The translations under genes were made by a program, and so were the position numbers. From an uncultured cyanobacterium (GTDB lineage Bacteria; Cyanobacteriota; Cyanobacteriia; PCC-6307; Cyanobiaceae), in NCBI GenBank assembly GCA_963697335.1, contig CAVONQ010000007.1, forward strand, positions 1 through 64,000: a stretch of DNA of 64,000 nucleotides. Direction: 5' to 3'. The notes under the pieces were generated by a model. That model was given only the letters and a program-made list of their open reading frames with translations. It was not told the origin of the DNA and made no database searches. Numbering within the stretch: the first letter of the stretch is position 1; each line of letters begins with the position of its first letter. Below, piece by piece: positions 52,296-61,798 of the stretch.

Positions 52296-52537
52296 GTCGG
52301 GAACAAGGTGGCCAGGTAGGTGCGGGTGAGCTCGCGGCTCTGCTCTCCGTTCTGCACCAGAAATCCCGCCAGGGCCGCCTGCACCAGCCTGTATTGATCC
52401 CAGTGGGGGTGACGCTCGATGAACAGGCGCATGCTGCGCAGCAACCCCTCGGGAACGCAGGCCTGCAGGCTCACGGTGGGGGATGGCTCAGGGGCAGACA
52501 CGTCTGCCGCACCACCATGGCCATCGGCGTTGTCCAT
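52271..52537 (-). CDS. DUF2811-like small protein
   Basis: VPEGL..SMRLFIERHPHWDQYRLVQAALAGFLVQNG...RTYLATLF. Confidence 0.8.
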   Translation of the reverse strand: MDNADGHGGAADVSAPEPSPTVSLQACVPEGLLRSMRLFIERHPHWDQYRLVQAALAGFLVQNGEQSRELTRTYLATLFPTQSEFRGR

Positions 52538-52938
52538 AGCGGCCTGAGCTCTGCGATCGCCACCCAATAGCCCACAGGTCGGCGAGGGGGTCAAATTCCG
52601 CCGATCCGGGCAGAGGGGAGGGGTTCCCACCCTGAGATCCCCGGCTGCACCAGGGGTGCTCCCCCCACGGCGCTCCGCCGTCAAGGACCGCCACGCTCGA
52701 AACCGGTCTGTCAAGAAGGGCGAGGCGCCAAGCCCCTCGGTGTGCCCCCTCTCCCCAGGGCCGGGCAGGCGCCAGTCCGGGCCAACAAGGCCCCCGGGAA
52801 AACCTGGGGAAAAGGAGGGTCTGACCTGGGGGATCTCCAGCAGGGCTGGACCAATCAGCACTGCTGATCACCTCCAAACAGACCGATGCAGTCTCAGCCG
52901 GGATCAGCAGCACAAGCTGGAGGGCCCGGAGCCCGCCG

Positions 52939-53817
52939 ATGCCTTCTGCCCCCCCGATCGCCCTGCTCGGAACAGGACTGCTGGGAGCCGCCATCGCCGA
53001 ACGGCTGCTGCAGCAGGGCTACAGCGTTCAGGCCTGGAACCGCAGCCCCGCCCGGCTGCGGGCCCTGGAGGCCTGGGGTGCCCTGGCCTGCTCGAGCCCC
53101 GCCGCCGCGACGCAGGGTTGCGACTGGGTGATCACTGTGCTCGCCGACGCCAGCGCCTGCCGCCAGGTGCTGCTGGAGCAGCCAGCGCTGGAGCTGGTGG
53201 GCCTGCGGGTGGTGCAGATGGGCACCATCGGGCCATGGGAAAGCCAGGAGCTGGCGGAGGCGATCAGCGGCCGTGGCGGCCGCTACCTGGAGGCGCCGGT
53301 GCTGGGCAGCAGGCCAGAGGCCCTGGCAGGCAGCCTGCAGGTGATGGCGGCAGGGCCGGACGAGCTGTTCGCCGAGGCCCTGCCCCTGCTGCAAGACCTG
53401 GGTCCCCAGCCCATCCATCTGGGTCCGGTGGGCCGGGCCATGCACACCAAACTGGCCCTCAACCAGCTGATCGCCAGCCTCACCCATGCCTTCAGCCTCT
53501 CGCTGCAGCTGGTGCAGGCGGCCGGGGTGGAGAGGGAGAGCTTCCTGGCCCTGCTGCGGGGCAGCGCCCTGCATGCGCCCACCTTCGACAAGAAGCTCTC
53601 CAGGATGGTGGCTGGCGACTACGCCAATCCCAACTTCCCCACCGCCCACCTGCGCAAGGACCTGAACCTGTTCCTGCAGGCGGCCCAGCGCCAGGGCCTC
53701 CACACCGAAGGGCTCGCGGGCCTGGCGGCGCTGCTGGAGCGGGCCTCAGGCAGCCGCCTCGATGGCCTCGACTACAGCGCCCTGCACGAGCTCACGGGCC
53801 CCTACTGCGAGGCTTGA
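52939..53817 (+). CDS. NAD(P)-dependent beta-hydroxyacid dehydrogenase (3-hydroxyisobutyrate DH family)
   Basis: LLGTGLLG, WNRS, EAPVLGS, catalytic KLALN, KDL. Confidence 0.88.
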   Translation: MPSAPPIALLGTGLLGAAIAERLLQQGYSVQAWNRSPARLRALEAWGALACSSPAAATQGCDWVITVLADASACRQVLLEQPALELVGLRVVQMGTIGPWESQELAEAISGRGGRYLEAPVLGSRPEALAGSLQVMAAGPDELFAEALPLLQDLGPQPIHLGPVGRAMHTKLALNQLIASLTHAFSLSLQLVQAAGVERESFLALLRGSALHAPTFDKKLSRMVAGDYANPNFPTAHLRKDLNLFLQAAQRQGLHTEGLAGLAALLERASGSRLDGLDYSALHELTGPYCEA

Positions 53818-54203
53818 AGGTCCAAGCCTTGAAGGCCCTGCTCCAGGGCAGCGGCAATGGCAGCGCTGCCCTGGGAGCACCAGCGCCCCTCGAACCCTCG
53901 CCGCTCCGGGCCCGGGGCCAGCACGACCCGCAGGGTCCAGGCCGTGGGGTGGCCCTCGATCTCCAGCCAGAGGGAGCCTGCTCCACAGGGGCGCTCCAAC
54001 TCAAGGGTGATGGCCTCTTCCGCCATCAGCTGATCCGCCAGCGCATCCAGTTGGGCAGCGAGCTCCTGAACACCGCTCGCCAGCAGGCAGGCCTCCCCGG
54101 CACTCAGCTCGGCGGCCCAGTCCTCAGCCCCAACCAGCACGGGCCAGGGGGCACGGCAGGGGTCCACCACCAACCGCCATCCCTGCCCCTCGAAAACCTG
54201 CAC
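53802..54203 (-). CDS. DUF1818-like protein
   Basis: EGQGWRL..DP, VGAEDWAAEL, LMAEEAITLE, RGFEGRW; follows rpoZ. Confidence 0.7.
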   Translation of the reverse strand: MQVFEGQGWRLVVDPCRAPWPVLVGAEDWAAELSAGEACLLASGVQELAAQLDALADQLMAEEAITLELERPCGAGSLWLEIEGHPTAWTLRVVLAPGPERRGFEGRWCSQGSAAIAAALEQGLQGLDLQASQ

Positions 54204-54222
54204 AGCCGGGTGCCTGCGGCGG

Positions 54223-54453
54223 TCAGCCAGGCAACAGGGCGGGCTGGTCCTGCTCATCGCTGAGCTCGACGATCGCCCGCTGCACGGGTTTGATCATCGA
54301 CTCATCCAGCAGGCCGTCGAAGTCGTCAAAGCGACGCTGCTTGGCGCGGAAGGCAATCCGAACCGTGGTGAGGTAGCGGTTACTGGAGTGCCGGATCAGG
54401 CTCTCCGCCCGCTGGGCCAGTTCCTTGGGATTGACGTCCAGACCACGTTGCAT
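54223..54453 (-). CDS. rpoZ: RNA polymerase omega subunit (cyanobacterial)
   Basis: [32 protein letters not shown]. Confidence 0.9.
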   Translation of the reverse strand: MQRGLDVNPKELAQRAESLIRHSSNRYLTTVRIAFRAKQRRFDDFDGLLDESMIKPVQRAIVELSDEQDQPALLPG

Positions 54454-54537
54454 CGGATGCCTTACCACAGTTCTCTAAACCTAGGCCACCACCCTGGGAA
54501 CTCCCGTACCCCCACTCCGACCGTCTAGAAGGACGCC

Positions 54538-56130
54538 ATGGCTGGCACGCTCGCCATCGATCTCGGCAGCAGCACCACCGTGGTGGCCTACCAGGCTCCA
54601 GGGGGAGAGCCCATGTTGCTGGCCCTGCCCCCCTTCAGCCTGGAGGAGCCACCGGTCATCCCCTCGCTGCTGTGGCTGGCGACCGCCGACAGTCCGAGAC
54701 CGCTGGTGGGCCGCCAGGTGCTGGAGGCGGGCCTGGCCCAGTCCACCGGAGTGGAGCTGCAGCGGGATTTCAAACGCCGGATCGGAGCTGGCCCGGCCGC
54801 GGCTACTGCCGCCAGCGCTGACGCCAACGGCGCCGCCACCCCCCTGCCCCTGGCCCCGGAGGCCAGCGCTGCCCTGCTGCTGCGGCTGCTCTGGCAAGCC
54901 CTGCCGCCCGACCTGGAGCCCGGCCGGCTTGTGCTCACCGCCCCGATCGAGGGCTACCGGGGTTACCGGAACTGGCTGCTGCAGGCCTGCAGCGAGCTGG
55001 ATGTGGCCGAGGTGGCCCTGGTGGATGAGCCCACCGCCGCGGCCATCGGCGCCGGGCTGGCGGCCGGCAGCACCGTGCTGGTGGTGGACGTGGGGGGCGG
55101 CACCATCGACCTCTCCCTGGTGCGGCTGGAGGGGGGCGAAGGCCGGGCGATGCCGATCGCCCAGCTGCTCCGCTTTGCGGGCCGCGACCTCGGCAGCAGC
55201 CGCCAGGCCCTGCGCTGCGCCACGGTGATCGGCAAGGCCGGCGTGGCCCTGGGCGGCCGCGACATCGATCGCTGGATCGCGCAATATCTCAGTGCCGAAC
55301 TGGGCAGCAACGGCCAGGCTGAGCCAGCCCTGCTGGATGGGGCCGAACGGCTCAAGTGCCGTCTCAGCCAGGTGCCAGAGGCGCAGGTGCTGGTGAGTTC
55401 CCCCGGCAGGGCTCCGCTGGAGTGGCGGCTCAACCGCAGCGAACTCGACGCCCTGCTGGAGCAGCAGGGTCTGCTGGAGGAACTCGACGCCCTGCTGGAG
55501 CAGGTCCTGGCCGCCGGCCGCCGCGCCGGGATGGGCATGGGCGACATCGGCGCAGTGCTGCCGGTGGGGGGAGGCAGCCAGTTGGCAGCCGTGCGGGCCT
55601 GGCTGGCCAGACGCTGCCCAGGGGTGACCATCCGCGATCAGCGGCCGGTGGAGGCCGTCGCCCTCGGCGCCCTAGCCCTCACCCCGGGCGTCCGCGTCAA
55701 CGACGTGCTCAGCCATGGCGTGAGCCTGCGCTGCTGGGACCGGCGCAGCGCCTGCCACCACTGGCATGCCCTGTTCGTGGCGGGCCAGAGCTGGCCCACC
55801 GACCATCCCCTGGAACTGGTGCTGGCCTGCAGCCAGGACGGGCAGCGGGAGCTGGAGCTGATCTTCGGGGAGCCCGTGGACGAGCAACGGCGCGAAGTGG
55901 TGTTCGAAGACGGACTGCCCGTGCTGCGCCGACGCCAGGCCGGTGAGGCAGGCGTGCGGCGTTGGAGCCAGCCGCTGCTGGCCCTGCCCCTCGATCCGCC
56001 CGGCAGCCAGGGGGTGGATCGGCTGCGCCTGAGCTTCGGGATCAATGCCCAGGGCCAGCTGGTGCTGCGCGTCACAGACCTGCTCACAGAGGAGCAGGGC
56101 CCGGAGCGGTCCCTGGGGCCGGTCCGCTGA
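54538..56130 (+). CDS. Atypical Hsp70-family ATPase
   Basis: AIDLGSSTT, EPTAAA, VVDVGGGTID, LGGRDID, VGGGSQL; short beta-rich C-terminus with no evident helical lid. Confidence 0.85.
   Translation: MAGTLAIDLGSSTTVVAYQAPGGEPMLLALPPFSLEEPPVIPSLLWLATADSPRPLVGRQVLEAGLAQSTGVELQRDFKRRIGAGPAAATAASADANGAATPLPLAPEASAALLLRLLWQALPPDLEPGRLVLTAPIEGYRGYRNWLLQACSELDVAEVALVDEPTAAAIGAGLAAGSTVLVVDVGGGTIDLSLVRLEGGEGRAMPIAQLLRFAGRDLGSSRQALRCATVIGKAGVALGGRDIDRWIAQYLSAELGSNGQAEPALLDGAERLKCRLSQVPEAQVLVSSPGRAPLEWRLNRSELDALLEQQGLLEELDALLEQVLAAGRRAGMGMGDIGAVLPVGGGSQLAAVRAWLARRCPGVTIRDQRPVEAVALGALALTPGVRVNDVLSHGVSLRCWDRRSACHHWHALFVAGQSWPTDHPLELVLACSQDGQRELELIFGEPVDEQRREVVFEDGLPVLRRRQAGEAGVRRWSQPLLALPLDPPGSQGVDRLRLSFGINAQGQLVLRVTDLLTEEQGPERSLGPVR
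55441..55503 (+). repeat. Exact 24-bp direct repeat inside the Hsp70-like gene (ELDALLEQ twice)
   Basis: GAACTCGACGCCCTGCTGGAGCAG at 55441-55464 and 55480-55503. Confidence 0.9.
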
Positions 56131-56250
56131 GACGGATCGGCGCGATCGGCGCTGCCTGACCCAGCCCCCCAGGCCCCCTGGCCTTGCCAAGGCCTACCAG
56201 GCGCTTCGGGGCGCTTACATGGAAGCTGCCTTCCCCGGTTCTGCCCCCTT

Positions 56251-57078
56251 TTGGCCCTGCGTCTACATCGGCGGCCTCGCGTCTGGATTGCTGTTGCTGT
56301 CGGGCTGGTGGCCGCGATGGCGGGGGCGGCCTGGTGGTGGGAGCGCCAGCTGCCTGGCCGCCTCGAGGCGGCCGGCGAGCGCGGCGACCTGGATGCCTGC
56401 CTGCGCTACGGCGCCCAGCTGCAGGCCCTGCGCTGGCTGGGCGGCGGCGCTGCTCAGGAGCAGGGCCAGTGCCGCCGTCGCAAAGCCGGCCAGTTGTGGG
56501 AGCAGGAGCAATGGGGCGAGGCCCTGGGGCTGCAGCTGCAGCTGGTCAATTCCGAAGCGGCCAGGCCGGAGGATCGCCAGCGCCTCGACGCCTGGCAGGT
56601 GGCCCTGCAGGATCGGGCCATGGCCCGCTTTGAAGCCGGCGATCTCGAGGGCAGCCTGGCCCTGCTGGAGCCCATGGGCGAGCACGAGCGCCCCGACCGC
56701 CGGTCCCTGGGCAACCGCCTCCAGGAGATCTGGATCCGCAACCAGCAGCAACTGGAGCGGGCCAAGCGCCTCAGCCAGGAGAAGCGTTGGTGGGAGGCCC
56801 TCGAGGCCCTCAACCGCATCGACCATCCTTGGTGGAAACAGCAGAGTGAGGCCGTCAGGGAGGAGGTCCAACAGGGCATCGGCAGCCTGCGGGGGCCAGA
56901 TCGCCAGCGGGATGGCCACGGCGCCCTGCCCCACTCGGTGCCCCTTGAGCAGCTGGACCGGCAAGTGCAGCAGCGCATCGCTGGCGGCATGGATGAATGG
57001 GCCGCCTTCGAGGCCGCCTGCCGGGCCCTGGGCGGCAAGGTGGTCGAGGCCGGGCCGGAGAGCGGTTGTCAGCGCTGA
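56251..57078 (+). CDS. Hypothetical membrane-anchored TPR-like protein
   Basis: N-terminal TM (VWIAVAVGLVAAMAGAAWWW) followed by helical repeats; start uncertain. Confidence 0.65.
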   Translation: MALRLHRRPRVWIAVAVGLVAAMAGAAWWWERQLPGRLEAAGERGDLDACLRYGAQLQALRWLGGGAAQEQGQCRRRKAGQLWEQEQWGEALGLQLQLVNSEAARPEDRQRLDAWQVALQDRAMARFEAGDLEGSLALLEPMGEHERPDRRSLGNRLQEIWIRNQQQLERAKRLSQEKRWWEALEALNRIDHPWWKQQSEAVREEVQQGIGSLRGPDRQRDGHGALPHSVPLEQLDRQVQQRIAGGMDEWAAFEAACRALGGKVVEAGPESGCQR

Positions 57079-57131
57079 GGGAGGCTCAGGCATGCCATGA
57101 CAAGATTGGACACGTGAGTGTGGGGTCGTTC

Positions 57132-57350
57132 ATGCAGCCAGGGGATCAGGTCAGGGTCTGCCAGAGCGTGGTGGTGTATCACCATCCCGAACACCGCGGC
57201 GAGGCCTTTGATCTGAAGGGCCAGCAGGGTGAGGTGAAGACCGTGCTGGACGACTGGAAAGGACGGGTGATCAGCCCCACGCTGCCCGTGATCGTGGTCT
57301 TCGGAAAATTCCGGGCCCACTTCCGCCCCGACGAGCTCGAAGCCGCCTGA
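57132..57350 (+). CDS. ftrV: Ferredoxin-thioredoxin reductase variable subunit
   Basis: GDQVRV..SVVVYHHPEHR..FDLKG..GEV, SPTLP, FRAHF..DEL. Confidence 0.92.
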   Translation: MQPGDQVRVCQSVVVYHHPEHRGEAFDLKGQQGEVKTVLDDWKGRVISPTLPVIVVFGKFRAHFRPDELEAA

Positions 57351-57414
57351 ACCAGGCCACAACACAGTCCCTCCCCCTTGGTGGGCTGGGTCAGTCCGTT
57401 GAGGGGCAGCCTGC

Positions 57415-57951
57415 TCAGGTTGCTGAGCGAATCAGGAAGACACCCTCTTCCGGGTCGATGCCGCGCAGACACAGCTGGATCGACTCCTGGCGGCTGGTGG
57501 GGACGACGCGGCCGCAGAAGTCCGGCTGGATCGGCACTTCCCTGTGCCCCCGGTCCACCATCACCAGCAGGCTCACCCGTTTGGGACGCCCCCAGGCCTG
57601 CAGCGCCTCCAGGGCAGCCCGCACCGTGCGTCCCGTGAAGATCACGTCGTCCACCAGCAGCACATGGCGGCCCTCCAGGGCCACGGGCAGGGCCGTGGGC
57701 TGCACCAGACGGGTGCCCACCCGATCCAGGTCGTCCCGGTGAAAGGTGGGATCGAGGGCGCCCCGATCCACGGACTGCCCGCTGAGCTGCTCCAGCCTCG
57801 AGGCCAGCACCTCGGCCAGGGCCACGCCCCTGGTGGGGATCCCCAGCAACAGCAGCGCCTCGCCGTCCGGCTCGGCCTCCAGCACCTGGGTGGCGAGCCG
57901 ATCGAGGGTGCGGGCCAGCTCACCGCTGGAGAGAAGTTCCAGCCTGGCCAT
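57415..57951 (-). CDS. pyrR: PyrR bifunctional regulator / uracil phosphoribosyltransferase
   Basis: GIPTRG, LDPTFHRDD, LVDDVIFTGRT, DRGHREVPIQPD. Confidence 0.95.
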   Translation of the reverse strand: MARLELLSSGELARTLDRLATQVLEAEPDGEALLLLGIPTRGVALAEVLASRLEQLSGQSVDRGALDPTFHRDDLDRVGTRLVQPTALPVALEGRHVLLVDDVIFTGRTVRAALEALQAWGRPKRVSLLVMVDRGHREVPIQPDFCGRVVPTSRQESIQLCLRGIDPEEGVFLIRSAT

Positions 57952-58147
57952 GCGCAGAGAAAGCTCCAGGGCGCTCAGGGGGAATCGTAGGCAGACCGGG
58001 CCGCCAGGCATCCACGGGATCAGTGAGTTGGTCAGGCGAGGCCCGATCCTGTGAGTGTGACCAAAACCTGACGCTGGATGGAAGCAACGGAGGACCGTTA
58101 CAAATGGGCTGTAAGTTGACACCCGAAGACACTTTCCAGCATGTGAG

Positions 58148-59836
58148 GTGAGCCGGGTGTCAGCAAATCCCTCCCAGCAGTCAGCCGTGGGTTCCAGAGA
58201 GGGTCTCTCGGCCGCCGCGCTGCAGGGGAGCACAGCTGGTCGGTCCGCCCCCATCGCCCCTGTGGTGCTTGCGATTCTCGACGGCTGGGGTCACCGCCAC
58301 GAGCAGGCCAATAACGCCATCCGCCTCGCTGAAACACCGGTGATGGATGCCCTTTGGCACGCCTATCCCCACACCCTGATCGAGGCCAGCGGCGCGGCCG
58401 TGGGCCTGCCGGACCATCAGATGGGCAATTCCGAGGTGGGCCATCTCACGATCGGCTCAGGTCGGGTCATCCGTCAGGAACTGGTGCGCATCTCCCAGGC
58501 CGTGCGCGACGGCTCCCTGGCTCGCAACGGCGCCCTCAATGCCCTGGCCGATTCCCTGCTCCAGAGCGGTGGCACGCTGCACCTGCTGGGCCTCTGCTCC
58601 GATGGCGGGGTGCACAGCCACATCAGCCACCTCGCGGGCCTGCTGCAGTGGGCCGCAGGGCGCGGCCTCAGCGATGTGTGTGTTCATCTGATCACCGATG
58701 GCCGCGACACGGCCCCCACCAGCGCCCTCACCTACGCGGCGATGGTCGAGGCCCAGATCGCGGCAGCGGGGGTCGGCCGGATCGCCACCGTCTGCGGTCG
58801 CTACTGGGCCATGGACCGGGACAGCCGCTGGGAGCGCACCGAACGGGCCTACCGGCTGTACACCGAGCCCGGAGATCCCACGGGTCAGTCAGCGGCGGAC
58901 GTGATCACCGCCGCCCATGGCGCCGATGTGGGGGATGAGTTCATTGAGCCGGTGCGCCTCACCGAGGGCCATCTGCAATCGGGCGACGGCCTGATCTGTT
59001 TCAACTTCCGCCCCGACCGGGTGCGGCAACTGGTCCGCGCTCTGGTGCTCAGCGACTTCGACGCCTTCCCGCGCGCCGATCCCCCCAGGCTGGAGGTGGT
59101 CACCTTCACCCAGTACGAGCGGGGCCTGCCCGTTGAGGTGGCCTTTCCACCGGAATCCCTCGATGGCCTGCTGGGTCAGGTGATCTCGGAGGCGGGCCTG
59201 CGCCAGTTCAGAACCGCAGAAACGGAGAAATATCCCCATGTCACTTACTTCATGAACGGCGGCATTGAGCAGGCCTTCCCCGGCGAAGACCGTCACCTCG
59301 TGCCTTCCCCCCGGGTCGCCACCTACGACCAGGCCCCGGCCATGTCAGCCGAACAGCTCACCGAGAGCTGCGTGGCGGCGATCCGCAAAGGGATCTATGC
59401 CCTGGTGGTGATCAACTACGCCAACCCCGACATGGTGGGGCACACCGGGCAGATCCAGGCCACCACCGAGGCGATCGCCACCGTGGACCACTGCGTTGGC
59501 CGGTTGATGGAAGCCACCAATCGCATGGGCGGCACGCTGCTGATCACCGCCGACCACGGCAATGCCGAGGTGATGGTGGGCGACGATGGCCGGCCCTGGA
59601 CGGCCCATACCACCAACCCGGTGCCGGTGATCCTGGTGGAGGGGGAGCAGCGCAAGCTGCCCGGCCACGGCAACGCCGTGACCCTGCGCGAACATGGCGG
59701 GCTGGCCGACATTGCCCCAACCCTGCTGGAGATCCTGGGGCTTCCCAAGCCCAGCCTGATGACCGGCACCTCTCTGGTGGAGCCGACCACGGTGACCGTC
59801 ACGGAGAACCGGGTGCCGCAGACCCTGAGCGTCTAG
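58148..59836 (+). CDS. gpmI: 2,3-bisphosphoglycerate-independent phosphoglycerate mutase
   Basis: [57 protein letters not shown]; start uncertain. Confidence 0.97.
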   Translation: MSRVSANPSQQSAVGSREGLSAAALQGSTAGRSAPIAPVVLAILDGWGHRHEQANNAIRLAETPVMDALWHAYPHTLIEASGAAVGLPDHQMGNSEVGHLTIGSGRVIRQELVRISQAVRDGSLARNGALNALADSLLQSGGTLHLLGLCSDGGVHSHISHLAGLLQWAAGRGLSDVCVHLITDGRDTAPTSALTYAAMVEAQIAAAGVGRIATVCGRYWAMDRDSRWERTERAYRLYTEPGDPTGQSAADVITAAHGADVGDEFIEPVRLTEGHLQSGDGLICFNFRPDRVRQLVRALVLSDFDAFPRADPPRLEVVTFTQYERGLPVEVAFPPESLDGLLGQVISEAGLRQFRTAETEKYPHVTYFMNGGIEQAFPGEDRHLVPSPRVATYDQAPAMSAEQLTESCVAAIRKGIYALVVINYANPDMVGHTGQIQATTEAIATVDHCVGRLMEATNRMGGTLLITADHGNAEVMVGDDGRPWTAHTTNPVPVILVEGEQRKLPGHGNAVTLREHGGLADIAPTLLEILGLPKPSLMTGTSLVEPTTVTVTENRVPQTLSV

Positions 59837-59860
59837 CCTGCGACAACCGCATCCGCAGCC

Positions 59861-60091
59861 ATGGTTGCTTCCGTGATGGCCTGGGTCTGGGCCGCCACCG
59901 GCATTCTCCTGATCCTCAGCGTTCTCCTGCACAGCCCCAAAGGCGACGGCATGGGAGGCCTGGCATCCAGCGGCGGCTCGATGTTCACCAGCGCCCGCAG
60001 CGCCGAACAGACCCTCAACCGCGTCACCTGGACCCTGCTGGTGCTGTTCCTGGCCCTGGCCGTGGTGCTGAGTGCCGGCTGGCTGGCCTGA
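59861..60091 (+). CDS. secG: Preprotein translocase subunit SecG
   Basis: Two TMs flanking LLHSPKGDGMGG...SAEQTLNRVTW. Confidence 0.93.
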   Translation: MVASVMAWVWAATGILLILSVLLHSPKGDGMGGLASSGGSMFTSARSAEQTLNRVTWTLLVLFLALAVVLSAGWLA

Positions 60092-60119
60092 GCCCTGCCC
60101 CTTGCCCTCCCCTACTCTG

Positions 60120-60608
60120 ATGCCCATGTCCCGTCGCAACCTGTTCACCGGCCTGGCCACGGGCCTGGCGGGTCTGCTGGTGACGGGATGCCGAGCCGAC
60201 GCCTCCTCGGAGGCGAAGGACCCGAGTTGGCAACTGAGCGAAGCGGAATGGCGCAAGCGGCTGAGTCCCGAGGCCTTCAAGGTGCTGCGCCAGGAGGGCA
60301 CCGAGCGCCCCTTCTCCAGCCCGCTCAATGCCGAAAAGCGTCAGGGCACCTACAGCTGCGCCGGCTGCGAGTTGCCCCTGTTCAGCTCCAGCACCAAGTA
60401 CGACAGCGGCACCGGCTGGCCAAGCTTCTGGGAACCCCTGCCCATGGCCCTCGGCACCAAGAAGGATTTCAAGCTGATCGTGCCCCGCACCGAATACCAC
60501 TGCCGCCGCTGCGGCGGCCACCAGGGCCATGTCTTCGCTGACGGCCCCAGGCCCACGGGCAAGCGCTACTGCAACAACGGTGTCGCCCTGCGCTTCGAGC
60601 CCAGCTGA
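60120..60608 (+). CDS. msrB: Peptide-methionine (R)-S-oxide reductase with Tat/lipoprotein-like leader
   Basis: GTERPF, CAGC and CRRC Zn ligands, GTGWPSF, GHQGHVF, RYCNNG; leader SRRNLF...LVTGC. Confidence 0.95.
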   Translation: MPMSRRNLFTGLATGLAGLLVTGCRADASSEAKDPSWQLSEAEWRKRLSPEAFKVLRQEGTERPFSSPLNAEKRQGTYSCAGCELPLFSSSTKYDSGTGWPSFWEPLPMALGTKKDFKLIVPRTEYHCRRCGGHQGHVFADGPRPTGKRYCNNGVALRFEPS

Positions 60609-60628
60609 TTGCCTGTCAACCGTGCTGA

Positions 60629-61798
60629 TTGCCCGTGACTAGTCCCTACAGCGCCCTGCCGAGCAGGGCTTTCTGGCGAAAGGCGGTGGCAGAGGCCTCT
60701 CCATTCGATCAGAGCGACCTCTACAAACCCAAGTGGAGGATCACGCCAGACACCAAGATTGCCACCGCGGGCAGCTGCTTTGCTCAGCACATCACCAGCC
60801 ACTTGAGGGCGAACAGCTTCAACGTTCTGGATCTGGAGAAACCGCCCTACTCCTTGGCGGAAGAACATCACCAGCGGTTCGGATTCTCACTTTATTCCTG
60901 CCGTTACGGCAACATCTACACCGCCCAGCAACTGCTCCAGCTGGCCCAGGAAGCACGCGGCCGCTTTCAGCCCCAGGAACCAGCCTGGGAGCGGGACGGT
61001 CGCTGGTTTGACGCCCAGCGGCCGGGCGTCGAACCTGAAGGGCTGGGCAGTGCCGACGCCGTGAGGGAGCATCGCCGCTATCACCTCACCCGGGTGAGGC
61101 TGATGTTCAAACGCATGGATCTGTTCATCTTCACCCTCGGGCTCACGGAAGCCTGGGTGCGCCGCGGCGGGCTGCAGGACACGGTGTATCCCACCGCTCC
61201 CGGCACCATCGCCGGCCAGTTCGTGCCGGAACAGTACGCCTTCAGAAACTACGGCTGCGCCAGCGTGATCCAGGCACTGCAAAGCTTTCGGCGGGTGGTG
61301 ATGAGCATGCGGCGGGGCCGATCCTTCCAGATGCTGCTCACCGTGTCGCCGGTGCCGCTCACGGCCACCGCCAGTGGGGACCATGTGCTCGCCGCCACCA
61401 CCTACTCCAAGGCCGTGCTGCGGGCAGCAGCTGGCGATCTGGCGGCCGGCTCTGAGGCCATCGACTATTTCCCTTCCTACGAAATCATCACCAACCAGGC
61501 GGCCCGGGGTGTCTTCTACGAGGCCAATCTGCGCTCGGTGCGCAGCCAGGGTGTGAGCGTGGCCATGGACACCTTCCTGGAGGCCCACAGGCCCGAGGCC
61601 CAGAGCCGCCACACCCACAGGCTCAATGGCCAAGCAGCTGACGCCACCCCAGGGGCGCCGATGCCCGCCAGGATCCGGGGCAAAAGCGCCTCCCGGGTGC
61701 GGCGCCAGGGCCAGCGGGCCGAAAGGCAGACCAACCAGCGCCAGCGGGCTGGCGATCTGCAGTGCGAAGAGGCCCTGCTGGAGGCCTTCGGCCCATGA
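60629..61798 (+). CDS. GSCFA-domain protein (SGNH-like fold)
   Basis: TAGSCFAQH, RYGNIY, FIFTLGLTEAW, LTVSPVPL, SKAVLR, YFPSYEI, C-terminal CEEALLEAF. Confidence 0.85.
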   Translation: MPVTSPYSALPSRAFWRKAVAEASPFDQSDLYKPKWRITPDTKIATAGSCFAQHITSHLRANSFNVLDLEKPPYSLAEEHHQRFGFSLYSCRYGNIYTAQQLLQLAQEARGRFQPQEPAWERDGRWFDAQRPGVEPEGLGSADAVREHRRYHLTRVRLMFKRMDLFIFTLGLTEAWVRRGGLQDTVYPTAPGTIAGQFVPEQYAFRNYGCASVIQALQSFRRVVMSMRRGRSFQMLLTVSPVPLTATASGDHVLAATTYSKAVLRAAAGDLAAGSEAIDYFPSYEIITNQAARGVFYEANLRSVRSQGVSVAMDTFLEAHRPEAQSRHTHRLNGQAADATPGAPMPARIRGKSASRVRRQGQRAERQTNQRQRAGDLQCEEALLEAFGP

